A stretch of DNA of 64,000 nt, taken from positions 1 to 64,000 of the IMG/VR virus record IMGVR_UViG_3300032675_000001; one strand, 5' to 3'. Under the pieces are notes generated by a model that saw only the letters and a program-made list of their open reading frames with translations, did no database searches and was not told the origin of the DNA. This document shows positions 20,085 through 29,563 of the stretch, in pieces. The translations under genes were made by a program, and so were the position numbers. Each line of letters begins with the position of its first letter. The stretch's first letter is position 1.

Positions 20085-20485
20085 CAAATACTGCTGCTGG
20101 TGTTTTTTTCTATAGTTCTTCCACCAATCGTTATCTATACCTACTACGTGCAGATTCACGAAGTCCTACTTGGAGTATGCCGGGAGGAGGAATAAACGCA
20201 GATGAAACTCTTTTAGAGGGGATTGCTCGTGAATGTAGGGAAGAAATGGATTTTGACATTTCTGATTTAAAACTGATACCAATTCAAAAGTTTGTTAATA
20301 ACACATTCACTTATCATACTTTTTTCTGTGCAGTCAGAGAAGAATTTATTCCAAAATTAAATGAAGAACATGTCGGGTATGCTTGGGTTGGAGAAGGACA
20401 GTATCCAAAACCACTTCATCCAGGCCTGTTTTCTACTGTCAATATTGATATTGTTACTGAGAAGTTAAATTCACTGGCAAAATAA
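20081..20485 (+). CDS. NUDIX hydrolase
   Basis: PGGGINADETLLEGIARECREE Nudix box. Confidence 0.9.
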   Translation: MTNTAAGVFFYSSSTNRYLYLLRADSRSPTWSMPGGGINADETLLEGIARECREEMDFDISDLKLIPIQKFVNNTFTYHTFFCAVREEFIPKLNEEHVGYAWVGEGQYPKPLHPGLFSTVNIDIVTEKLNSLAK

Positions 20486-20506
20486 TAGGGACCGAAGCCC
20501 CTATTA
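20483..20506. terminator. Bidirectional terminator between convergent genes
   Basis: TAATAGGG-accgaagc-CCCTATTA. Confidence 0.7.
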
Positions 20507-20827
20507 TCATAGTCCGAAAACTTTGCCTACAACATGAAATCCTAAAGCGCCAGCAAGTGCTGCACCTCCCATTACCATCCATCTCCACTTTTCTAAAGCA
20601 GTGATCTTTTCTTCAAGTTTGGTATGTGCAGTCTTGCTACTATCTTCCATTGATTTAATGGCTGTCATTGTAGCAGTCGTGCTTGCTTTAACGCTTTCAC
20701 TAACTTCCTTCAAGCCAGTTTTCAAATCGTCAACTTTTTCATTGAGATTTGAATACTGGACTCGAAGGACCGCGATTTCAGTCTCGGTCTGCTGGTTAAC
20801 CTGTTGTGCTGTTGAACGAGAGACCAT
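20507..20827 (-). CDS. Coiled-coil protein with C-terminal transmembrane helix (holin/XhlA-like)
   Basis: Heptad repeats, then WRWMVMGGAALAGALG. Confidence 0.55.
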   Translation of the reverse strand: MVSRSTAQQVNQQTETEIAVLRVQYSNLNEKVDDLKTGLKEVSESVKASTTATMTAIKSMEDSSKTAHTKLEEKITALEKWRWMVMGGAALAGALGFHVVGKVFGL

Positions 20828-20839
20828 GACTTATTTTCC

Positions 20840-22252
20840 TTATGCGTTGTTGATAGTGATGATAGGCATTGGCTGACCAGATACTCTTGATGTTTGACTA
20901 TCAATTGGATTGGTACCAGGATATGTATTTGCAGCATAGGCAGTACCGAATGTCGCAATGACAGTTGGGTAAGCGTTTGCAGCAATTGCAAATCCAGTTC
21001 CAGCAACGTTACCTGTTGCAGTGAAAGTAATGCCAGTCATATTGTCGCGTGCGCCAACTGATGTCCAGAGAGTATTGCCTGCGTTTGCAATAGTATACTG
21101 AGTACCGGCTACGAGTGCATTGGAATAAGTCCATGCAGTATATGCTTCTGATTGATAATCATCAAGATTGAACAAGTTCACAGTTGATGAGTTTGCGTAA
21201 GTACCTGTGATAATCATGGTGTTTGGCAACATTGCAGTATTTGCAACATTTGCAGTATAGCACTGTGATGTGAGACCAGAAGTTAATCCGATTACAAGAT
21301 ACTTGGTCTTGCCTTTTTGGCGCTGAATGAATCCAGTTTCAGGTGTTGCCTGAATGAATGCACTGTTTGAAACCGCAACTGCTGCATTTGCAGTGAATGT
21401 TATGGTATCTTGTAGAGCATTTGCAGTTACGCTTGCGTTAGATGACAATTGTACTGGTGCTCCACCAACTGATGTTGAAACAGTGAATGCAGCAGCGTTT
21501 GGAGTGGTCTTGACATAATAAACGTTGCCAGCAGTTAGCCCACCGAAGGTAGTGTCGAAAATGACAGGCGCATTTGCGATCAATGTCAATGCATTTCCTG
21601 AGGTACCGATTACGTTGCCAGTTGCGGTCGTGTTTGCAACTACAACTGCGTTATTACCTGGAGTACCAGTTACATAACCTACTGTAGTGTAGTCAGTTTG
21701 AATACCATTGATGTTTGCTACTGGGATTTGAATTACAGCACCGTTTGCTACGTTAGTAGCAAAGTTAGTATTCAATCCTGCTGCTCTTGGGCTAGTAGTT
21801 GAAGTGAAGAGAGTACCTGTACCGTTTGCACCGATTGCGACAGTTACGGAAACTTGTGAACCATATTGTGCAGTATTACCACCGACAACACCGTATGATG
21901 TTGCGTTAGTTGCAGTGTTTGATCCATTTGGATTACTGAATCCAGAATCAACCATACCAACAGTTGCTGCAATTGATTGACCAGTTGTAGTAGTTAGAGT
22001 TGGAACAGTCTGTGGCTGAACGCTAAGCTGAGTGCTTGATACCGAAAAGGTAGTTGAAGAAGCAACACTATTTACGTAGTAAGTAGTGCCAGCGACCAAC
22101 CCACCGATGTTTGCAGATACCACGAATGGCATACCTTTGGTTACGTTGGTTGCAGTTAGGTTACCAGAAGTAGTTACTAACTGAGTGGATGCAGTTGTTG
22201 CTGTAAGAGTTAGGACAGCCTGCGATTGTGCAATTTTTAGTGGACGACCCAT
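20840..22252 (-). CDS. Virion structural protein (T/A/N/G-rich)
   Basis: 470 aa; MGRPLK start, FIQRQKGKTKYLV, repeated GGLxAGxxYYV modules. Confidence 0.65.
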   Translation of the reverse strand: MGRPLKIAQSQAVLTLTATTASTQLVTTSGNLTATNVTKGMPFVVSANIGGLVAGTTYYVNSVASSTTFSVSSTQLSVQPQTVPTLTTTTGQSIAATVGMVDSGFSNPNGSNTATNATSYGVVGGNTAQYGSQVSVTVAIGANGTGTLFTSTTSPRAAGLNTNFATNVANGAVIQIPVANINGIQTDYTTVGYVTGTPGNNAVVVANTTATGNVIGTSGNALTLIANAPVIFDTTFGGLTAGNVYYVKTTPNAAAFTVSTSVGGAPVQLSSNASVTANALQDTITFTANAAVAVSNSAFIQATPETGFIQRQKGKTKYLVIGLTSGLTSQCYTANVANTAMLPNTMIITGTYANSSTVNLFNLDDYQSEAYTAWTYSNALVAGTQYTIANAGNTLWTSVGARDNMTGITFTATGNVAGTGFAIAANAYPTVIATFGTAYAANTYPGTNPIDSQTSRVSGQPMPIITINNA

Positions 22253-22366
22253 TTGTTTTTCCTTTTGTTATGCCGGGTTCTAGCCGGTACGCAGTGGGTG
22301 CTGCATAAACTCTCCGCATGAGAGTGTATGAAAGTATTTATACTTTTTGCGTAAAAATGAGGATGG

Positions 22367-22924
22367 TTACTGGCTGATGCCGCCGTTTGCTGGGTCAATA
22401 TTTACACCAGATGTTCCAGTATAAGCATAAGGCATACCCAACTCAGTGACTGAGAAAGGTGCGGCTGTTGCACCTGATACATTCAAGAATGAAATAATGT
22501 TACCTTGCCCCACATAGAAGCTACGTTCAACTGTGTTTGCTGGAATGATTTCGCTATTTGCAGTTGCAACAGCATAAGGAACACCGTATGGATTAAAAGT
22601 TGCTCCTGCCCCAGAGATTGCCACATTGGCATTTGCAGTGAGAGTTAAACTTGTGTTATTGGCTATTGATTTTACGATACCTACAGTTACTCCTGTAGCG
22701 TTTCCAATCCATGCACCAACATTTAACTGTGTAAAAAATGAAGAGCTTGATCCAGTTACAATATTGCTTGAGGTATTGGCAGTTACCGTGCCAGTTACAG
22801 CAACGTTAGGATAACTCGCTACAACTTGAATAGGCGAAGATGTAGTTGCAATTCTGACCTTATCAGTCTGAATGTTTGCAGTTGCCTGTGCCGTTGAGTT
22901 TGCTGTGTATACGTAAGATGCCAT
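22367..22924 (-). CDS. Virion structural protein
   Basis: 185 aa, beta-rich, late promoter upstream. Confidence 0.6.
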   Translation of the reverse strand: MASYVYTANSTAQATANIQTDKVRIATTSSPIQVVASYPNVAVTGTVTANTSSNIVTGSSSSFFTQLNVGAWIGNATGVTVGIVKSIANNTSLTLTANANVAISGAGATFNPYGVPYAVATANSEIIPANTVERSFYVGQGNIISFLNVSGATAAPFSVTELGMPYAYTGTSGVNIDPANGGISQ

Positions 22925-22957
22925 TTTTGTTTATTCCTCTAAACTTATTTATTCTTA

Positions 22958-25027
22958 TTAGTCATAAGTTGCGTTGAGTGTGTACCACTGTCCGCCCGGA
23001 GCAGTTGCATTTGTTGTGCAAATAAAATCAAGTCTTGATCCTGCTGGCTGAGCATATGCTACGTTTGCGGATTGCGAGTTAATAATACCATTACCTAATG
23101 GATACACGTTCAGTATGTTTGCTGAAGTGTTTAAGATTGTAATACGATATCCTGCAACTGCTGTAGGGAGCGACACACCATTTGCTCCAGATGATACCGT
23201 AGATACTACGTTAAAATCATTTGTCAGAGCAGTTGCTGTTCCCTGAGTTGACCCCGCTGCTGAAACCGCTCCCGCCACACTGAATATATGATGCGAAGTT
23301 GCAGATACGTTACCAACAGAAACGTTGCCAGTTACACTCAATGTAGTCAATATGCCAATAGATGTCAAATTAGTGGCAGTGGTCAAGTTCGGTTGTGAGG
23401 AAGTAGTGATTGTTCCAGCAGTTGTAGCTGATCCGGCTGTAGTTGCTGTAGTAGCACTTCCCGCACTTGTTGCATATGTTGCATTTGCCACAGGACCGCT
23501 TACATTAGAACCGGCTACTGAGTTTGCAATTGTTGCATATGCCACAGGACCACTTACATTAGAACCAGCTACTGAGTTTGCAGTTGTTGCATATGTTACT
23601 GGACCACTGACATTAGCGCCCGTAATAGAGCTAAGTGCTGCACCATTACCAAAATGATTACCCGTTATATTAGCACCAGATATATTGCCAGTTGCTATTA
23701 ATATATTGGTGCCTAGATTTCCAACATTTGCATTTCCGGAAATAGTCAACGTGGTTCCGGAATGCAAGTTTCCGTAAATATTACCGTTGGTATCTCTTAC
23801 GACGATGGTATTTGCTGCAATGGTGATTGTTGGGTTATAGCCATCCACCAAGTCAGCATTTAAATTGGCTACCTTTGTAGACGAGTTGACTGTCAATGGA
23901 GCAGTGCCATTTGCAATGTTTGAAGCAAACGAAACGGCAGAAACAACGGCAGTAGAATTTAGATTACCTACGTTTGCGTTCCCATTAACAGTTAGGATAT
24001 TATTAGCAAAATCAAATGTGAAGGTTGACGCTGATCCAAGGATACCGGCATCATTGAACTGCACTTGAGTGTTTGTTCCAGCGGCAACAGTTCCTCCCGA
24101 TCCACCACCAACCAAAGATGTTATTTGTCCACCAGTTTCATAAACACTTGCGGAAAGTCCATTTGCTGTTTGAAGGGCAAGAACTGGACCAGCCGTGCCA
24201 TTAGGATATACATTACTGGAAATCGTAATGGTTGTGCCGGTTGGTATGGAATTAATATAATATGTGGTATTATTGAGAATGCCACTAGTTGACATATTAC
24301 CAACAAACTGAACCGGTTTGTTTACTGAAAGTACGGCACTGTTTCCTACTGTTACAGTATTAACACTAGTTGTAGTATTTGATACAGTAGTATAAGCATA
24401 TGCATTATAAGAAGAAGTGTTTAATGTACTGGAAGATGCCGCAGCGTCAGTATATAGAGCAAAAGTTGTCGGAGTCAATACGTTTGCATAGTATGAATTT
24501 CCATTCAACTGAGTCATTCCTTGAGACCCAGTAATGGTTACCGCTGCACCTTTTGTTAAATTATGATTGGAAGTTGTTGTTACGACACCCGGATTTGCCT
24601 GTGTAACGTTTTCTATGAATGCAAGTAATGTTCCCTTTGGGGTCCATGAAAGATTTCCCAATCCATCAGTTTGCAAAATATAACCAATTGCACCACCACT
24701 GATGCTAACATTTGAAATATTACCAAGATTAATATTTCCACCAGCATTTCCGCCACTATTTACCCAGTTAGTCCCGTCATATGCCAATATTTCTCCTGCC
24801 GCTATAGTGACAGGATTCATGTTTAGATTTCCTATACTTCCATCAATTTGACTGAAGGCAATATTGGAATATGCGGTCAAAACTTCTACGTTTTGGTTTG
24901 GTGATGTCTTACCGATGAACAGACGGTTGTTGTCGGAAGCCCAACCGAACTCACCTTCGTCAAGTTGTGGCAGGTCTACTAGGTTGCCTGATCGTTGCTG
25001 GAGTTTCGAAATCTGTAAAATTGACAT
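22958..25027 (-). CDS. Tail fibre-like protein
   Basis: ISKLQQRSG...LPQLDEGEFGWASDNNRLFIG N-terminal module, GNANVGNL repeats, VANLNADLVDG. Confidence 0.75.
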   Translation of the reverse strand: MSILQISKLQQRSGNLVDLPQLDEGEFGWASDNNRLFIGKTSPNQNVEVLTAYSNIAFSQIDGSIGNLNMNPVTIAAGEILAYDGTNWVNSGGNAGGNINLGNISNVSISGGAIGYILQTDGLGNLSWTPKGTLLAFIENVTQANPGVVTTTSNHNLTKGAAVTITGSQGMTQLNGNSYYANVLTPTTFALYTDAAASSSTLNTSSYNAYAYTTVSNTTTSVNTVTVGNSAVLSVNKPVQFVGNMSTSGILNNTTYYINSIPTGTTITISSNVYPNGTAGPVLALQTANGLSASVYETGGQITSLVGGGSGGTVAAGTNTQVQFNDAGILGSASTFTFDFANNILTVNGNANVGNLNSTAVVSAVSFASNIANGTAPLTVNSSTKVANLNADLVDGYNPTITIAANTIVVRDTNGNIYGNLHSGTTLTISGNANVGNLGTNILIATGNISGANITGNHFGNGAALSSITGANVSGPVTYATTANSVAGSNVSGPVAYATIANSVAGSNVSGPVANATYATSAGSATTATTAGSATTAGTITTSSQPNLTTATNLTSIGILTTLSVTGNVSVGNVSATSHHIFSVAGAVSAAGSTQGTATALTNDFNVVSTVSSGANGVSLPTAVAGYRITILNTSANILNVYPLGNGIINSQSANVAYAQPAGSRLDFICTTNATAPGGQWYTLNATYD
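23488..23617 (-). repeat. 54-nt (18-aa) tandem repeat, about 2.5 copies, GPVxYATxANSVAGSNVS
   Basis: Visible in both the protein and the DNA. Confidence 0.8.
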
Positions 25028-25086
25028 AAGAGTATGTTTCACCCATTTGAATATACTCTTATTTATGCTTTACAGAACGGAAACCT

Positions 25087-25800
25087 TTAAACAAACTGAG
25101 AGTAGTATTTCTCTAGTCTGGAATACCACATATCGGTATATTTGTCAAATTCATTACCTTCAATAATGAATTCCATATACTGTGGCTTAGTCCACACGTT
25201 ATCCAGAAGTTCTGGCTTGATGCACATAAATATTACCCCTTTGCGAATCTTTGTTCCATATACTTCATTGTGTGCTAATGCGTATGCTGAGGTCTGAACA
25301 AAGTAATCATCAATCCACTCGCGTTTCTTTATCTTGTTGGATTGTTTGTGGTCCATGATAGCTTCTGCTCCTTCATGGACGCCACATAGGTCAGTCGTTC
25401 CTGCATATACCTCTGGGAAATGTAGGGATACTTCTGTACCCCAAAACTCATCACACTTACTTAATCCATTTGTGATGATTTCGTTCGCCATTAAATGACT
25501 TTGCTGACTATATGGATTGCTTCCGGGTTCTCCGATGATATCCAATTTGATAAAGTCTTCAATCCATTTGTGCATACGAGTACCTCTACTGGCAGCTTCA
25601 TTTGTGATAGCCTGTGCCTGTTTGTGACCGACACGATTTCGCCAGTTATTTAATGCTCGTTTAGTTTCTTCTGATTTGGTTGCATCCAAGATCGTAGTTA
25701 CACTAGGAACTTTGGAACCATCTGGAGTTAGATACCGACGCGATCCGTCAACATTAACCCTCTTCATTTCTGCGTAGGGGAATTTTTGAGTTATAGCCAT
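25087..25800 (-). CDS. PD-(D/E)XK exonuclease
   Basis: PSVTTIL, RGTRMH, YAGTTD, IMDHKQS, QTSAYA. Confidence 0.88.
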   Translation of the reverse strand: MAITQKFPYAEMKRVNVDGSRRYLTPDGSKVPSVTTILDATKSEETKRALNNWRNRVGHKQAQAITNEAASRGTRMHKWIEDFIKLDIIGEPGSNPYSQQSHLMANEIITNGLSKCDEFWGTEVSLHFPEVYAGTTDLCGVHEGAEAIMDHKQSNKIKKREWIDDYFVQTSAYALAHNEVYGTKIRKGVIFMCIKPELLDNVWTKPQYMEFIIEGNEFDKYTDMWYSRLEKYYSQFV

Positions 25801-25806
25801 TTGTTG

Positions 25807-25835
25807 ATTATACTATCAATATACTGAAATGTCAA
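25807..25835 (-). promoter_or_regulatory. Consensus sigma70 promoter for the exonuclease (near-leaderless mRNA)
   Basis: TTGACA-N17-TATAAT, with the ATG 6 nt downstream of the -10. Confidence 0.85.
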
Positions 25836-25839
25836 TATA

Positions 25840-26172
25840 TTATTTTTTCATTGCCGATTTTGCCATATTGGCGACTGTTTTTTGGTTATCGTCCTGAGGC
25901 GCTTCGGCTGGGGCAGGCTCATGACCCTTGAAAACTACCCTATCACCTTCAATGTTACTGATAAGGGATTTCAATGGATTTACCTTAATCATGTTGTATA
26001 GATCGTTTTTGTCAAGAATAACATCATACATTTGAAAGTATTCAAGAAGATCATCAACCGAAAAGTTATCAGGATCGCCCTCACCATTATCAATATCATG
26101 CTTCAACTGGTTAGTCAAAGCAATGATTTTTGATACCTGAGCACTATCCTGATTGAACTCAAAAAGAAACAT
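25840..26172 (-). CDS. Hypothetical protein (probable head-associated)
   Basis: 110 aa, MFLFEF start. Confidence 0.55.
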   Translation of the reverse strand: MFLFEFNQDSAQVSKIIALTNQLKHDIDNGEGDPDNFSVDDLLEYFQMYDVILDKNDLYNMIKVNPLKSLISNIEGDRVVFKGHEPAPAEAPQDDNQKTVANMAKSAMKK

Positions 26173-26175
26173 CCG

Positions 26176-26934
26176 TTATCTCTTTGGGCGACCTGCGCCA
26201 CCCATTCTTGGATTTGGTTCTCTTTCTTCTGGCTTCTTTGAAGGGATATTTGGGATTGGAGGAAGTTCAGTATCAGCGTCGGAATCCATGTCCATATCCA
26301 TGTCAGCACCAAGAGCATCTTCGTCACCGGCAAGATCGGCACCCATTTCAGCACCCATATCTCCGCCGAAACCACCCATATCACCTTGACCAGTGATGCT
26401 ATTCAATGCACTCTTGAGTGTTGCCTGAGTTTCTTGAAGTGAGGCATTGAGGGATGCAAGAGCCTCAGATACTTGTGAGTTAAACTGTTCGCTTTCGTTG
26501 GCACCGATTTCAGACTGAATTGAATCTGAAAGTGCTGGGAGTTCCTTAACGAGCATGTCGCTAACTTCTTCAACCATCTTCTGTACTGAGTCAACCATAT
26601 CCTGTGCAGCAAGAATGACCTGTGATTTTTCAACTTCTTCGTTTTCAACCACAATGCGTGGCTTAGGCATAGAGTTTAAATAATCAAGACGGCTTGTGAG
26701 CGCCTGTTCCATGAACACAAGCTTCATGTGAGTTGGATTTGAGTGATTTCTGTGGAAATCATGTGACTGTCTTGATTCTTTAATCAAGCCACGCACCTTG
26801 GAAAGCATAGTGCGCGTAGTTGACTTATCCATCTTTGATGTATTGAAGTTATGCGCAAAGTTTTCCTTCAAGGCTCTGCTTGCAACGTTCTTTTTATCTA
26901 GGTCATTAAGGTTCATAGTGGTTAACTCTTCCAT
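26176..26934 (-). CDS. Coiled-coil protein, possible prohead scaffold
   Basis: 252 aa helical protein with acidic G/D/M tail; late promoter. Confidence 0.55.
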   Translation of the reverse strand: MEELTTMNLNDLDKKNVASRALKENFAHNFNTSKMDKSTTRTMLSKVRGLIKESRQSHDFHRNHSNPTHMKLVFMEQALTSRLDYLNSMPKPRIVVENEEVEKSQVILAAQDMVDSVQKMVEEVSDMLVKELPALSDSIQSEIGANESEQFNSQVSEALASLNASLQETQATLKSALNSITGQGDMGGFGGDMGAEMGADLAGDEDALGADMDMDMDSDADTELPPIPNIPSKKPEEREPNPRMGGAGRPKR

Positions 26935-26949
26935 GTTGTTATCTATTTA

Positions 26950-27438
26950 TCATAGATATCTAAAATTTTGGTGCTCCGATTTATGGAACTTCTGTTCCTG
27001 TATCCTCTTAGAAGTATTTATATGATAACTTATTTCTTCTAACATTAAGTTCTGTTTTAAGAGGTCTTCTTCTATCTTTACCACATAAAGAAATCGTGTG
27101 GACGGTGTAGTTGAGTTCTTGAGAAGCCTTGCGTGATTTTCTATATCCATTTTGATACTACTCAGCTTCAAGTCCAGCATTACCATTCGTCTTGCTTCCT
27201 TGAATCTTCCTGCATTATGTAGAGTGCACCAAGAAGCAGCGTGTATTAAAGATGAAAACTCGTATTCCTCCACATGCTTTGGTGTAAATGCTTTGAACCC
27301 TTTAGATAATGCTGGCATGATAGTATATTTCCCAAAAAGAGAATACTTTCCCTGCTTGTCACATGTTATCAGTATGTCCTTAATATCAGATTTAAGTCCA
27401 TGCTCAAATATCTCATCAAGTTTTGCTACGTTTTTCAT
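26950..27438 (-). CDS. Hypothetical protein
   Basis: 162 aa ORF overlapping the upstream stop. Confidence 0.6.
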   Translation of the reverse strand: MKNVAKLDEIFEHGLKSDIKDILITCDKQGKYSLFGKYTIMPALSKGFKAFTPKHVEEYEFSSLIHAASWCTLHNAGRFKEARRMVMLDLKLSSIKMDIENHARLLKNSTTPSTRFLYVVKIEEDLLKQNLMLEEISYHINTSKRIQEQKFHKSEHQNFRYL

Positions 27439-27881
27439 ATCACCTCAAAGTAAACGTTTTTCAACTCGTCTGATACGTCAAGGAAAGAAGGCATTTTTTC
27501 TATTTGATCCTTGCATTGTATCATTGGAACACCTTCACAATCTCTATAAAGTGATCCCAATGGAGTGATTCCATTTTCAAATACACTGCTGTGATGAATC
27601 TCAAACTCAAATCTCCAACAGTAGCTTGGTTTATCTTCTGAGTATTCGTATAAAAACCCAAATCGTGCAAAATCATCTTCTTTTATTTCCAGTCTTATGG
27701 GAAGTTTAATGACTTCCGGCTGTGAACGTAAAGAGATAACTTGTAAAAGTGTATCAAAGTTACATTGCGTATTGCGACGATGAATCCATTCTTCAATGTC
27801 ATCAACATTGGGCTTTGAACGATTCATTACACCAGTTTGAGTAATATCAAAAAGTGTATAGGCGGCGATGCGATGTGACAT
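27435..27881 (-). CDS. Hypothetical protein
   Basis: 148 aa; YTLFDITQTG, NFDTLLQVISLRSQP. Confidence 0.65.
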   Translation of the reverse strand: MSHRIAAYTLFDITQTGVMNRSKPNVDDIEEWIHRRNTQCNFDTLLQVISLRSQPEVIKLPIRLEIKEDDFARFGFLYEYSEDKPSYCWRFEFEIHHSSVFENGITPLGSLYRDCEGVPMIQCKDQIEKMPSFLDVSDELKNVYFEVI

Positions 27882-27899
27882 ATATGTATTTAGAGCAAC

Positions 27900-27930
27900 A
27901 AAAAACCCGAGGAAAAATCCTCGGGTTTCT
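27900..27930 (-). terminator. Intrinsic terminator
   Basis: AAAAAACCCGAGGA-aaaa-TCCTCGGGTTT. Confidence 0.85.
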
Positions 27931-27953
27931 TATTCTTGCGATAGGTTTTAAAC

Positions 27954-28340
27954 TTAGTTGTCTGAACCTGCAATGAAAGTTGCACCTGCAGTAACAGTTG
28001 CGCCTGCTGCCCAACCTGCATTAGTTACAAGTGAAGTTGCAAGAGCAGTGTTGTTTACGGCACCTACTGGGTATGAAGCGAAAGCAAAAGTTGCGTTAGC
28101 TGTGTTACCATACTGATAGATGTAGATAGTTGAAAGCTGCTGAATAGTCTGAACACCAGCAAGAATCTGAGTGCCAGTCAAAGCGCCATTTGCAGTTGCA
28201 GTGAAGAACTCAAGCTTTGGACCCTGTGGCTGAACTGCTACGTTTGGAGTTACAGCATTGATACCTGAGTTGGTATATGCTGGGGAGTCCAAGTGCATTA
28301 CTGGAAGAAAGTCACCATTGACCTTTGTAAACTGTGCCAT
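27954..28340 (-). CDS. Small structural protein (possible capsid decoration)
   Basis: 128 aa with its own late promoter, strong SD and terminator. Confidence 0.55.
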   Translation of the reverse strand: MAQFTKVNGDFLPVMHLDSPAYTNSGINAVTPNVAVQPQGPKLEFFTATANGALTGTQILAGVQTIQQLSTIYIYQYGNTANATFAFASYPVGAVNNTALATSLVTNAGWAAGATVTAGATFIAGSDN

Positions 28341-28417
28341 TTTATTTTTCCTTTAAATATGTGAGCATCATGCTCATACATTTATTTATCTTTTTGCACA
28401 AAAAAGGGTGTTTTAGG

Positions 28418-29563
28418 TTATTTTCCAGCAAGATTTTGTCGTGAGAATCCAAGACGATCAACAAACTTGAGTCCTTGAGCCACAAATCCTTCTTGGGATG
28501 ATCTTCCGTCCGCCAAATGACCACGAACAGGGCTTGATTCTGCTGCTTTGTTAAGCTGATTTACCACGTCCATCTTGAGATTATATAGCGCGGCCCAAAT
28601 CTTGAATGCGCCAATGATACCTTGTTTATGTTGGTTCAGGTGTTGAGCAATCTTAGCTTTCATCGCTGGTGACATTTTTCTGGCTTCCACAAAATCCATG
28701 AAATCACGTGCAAGATTTGTAAGGCTACCAGACACAATCTTTTTGTTAACAAAAACAGTAAACAACTGATTGAATGTTTTGCGTGACTGGGGCGCGGTTG
28801 TCATCAGTTCACGAACAGCCTCACCATATTGTGCCAATGCGTTTTCAGCAGCTTTCTTTAAGGTATTGTTAATCTTTAACTTTGGAGTCATTGGCATTTT
28901 GCTCGGAACAATAGCAACATTTGAAGCATTTTGTAGATTGCCAATAGAACCATCCAATGATACCGCTTGATCAGTTGTTATAGCATCAGCAGGAATGAAC
29001 TGGTGAACGGCAATTGCTGCTTCTTTACCTGCAAGAAGCTTGCCAACTTCGCTATCAGCATCAACTTCGTATGCAATACCATTTGGGTTTGCTTTGAACT
29101 TGTATACTCCACCATGATCTTCTAGTGGGTGGGCAAACAGTAAATCTCCCCAATAATACCCATTTCCAGCACGATCATCTTTTTCAAGCCCTTGCCATAA
29201 GCGGGCGATCACTTCGTGCAAATCACTGCGATCTACCCCACGCTTTGCATCATATTGCGCAAAAGCTTGTGGACTGAATACTTCGCGACCGGTGCCGTCT
29301 TTTTTATTGAACATGTGCTTATCCATGATAGAAAACTTCCCATCAGGTCCGCGTCCAAAAATCAAAGCTGGATATCCATCCCATTTGATGGTGATTGATT
29401 GTGGATTTTCTACCGTAGCAGAAATCGCATCAATAGCCCGTCTTGCACCCTGTTCATCCCCGATGAATACCAAATCCTCTGGATGCTCAAGGTGTCCTTT
29501 ACCTTCAGCAATCACAGTATTGATTGTTTCCATCTTAGTGATTAGGTCACGAATATCGGTCAT
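28418..29563 (-). CDS. Conserved T4-like-phage protein (HLEHPED...KWDG family)
   Basis: HLEHPED, TIKWDGYPALIFG, EGFV...KFVDRLGFSRQN. Confidence 0.65.
   Translation of the reverse strand: MTDIRDLITKMETINTVIAEGKGHLEHPEDLVFIGDEQGARRAIDAISATVENPQSITIKWDGYPALIFGRGPDGKFSIMDKHMFNKKDGTGREVFSPQAFAQYDAKRGVDRSDLHEVIARLWQGLEKDDRAGNGYYWGDLLFAHPLEDHGGVYKFKANPNGIAYEVDADSEVGKLLAGKEAAIAVHQFIPADAITTDQAVSLDGSIGNLQNASNVAIVPSKMPMTPKLKINNTLKKAAENALAQYGEAVRELMTTAPQSRKTFNQLFTVFVNKKIVSGSLTNLARDFMDFVEARKMSPAMKAKIAQHLNQHKQGIIGAFKIWAALYNLKMDVVNQLNKAAESSPVRGHLADGRSSQEGFVAQGLKFVDRLGFSRQNLAGK

Noticed and set aside
25087-25800. Cas4-like nuclease as evidence of a CRISPR system
   Set aside because: No Fe-S cysteine cluster, array or other cas genes; it is an ordinary phage PD-(D/E)XK exonuclease.
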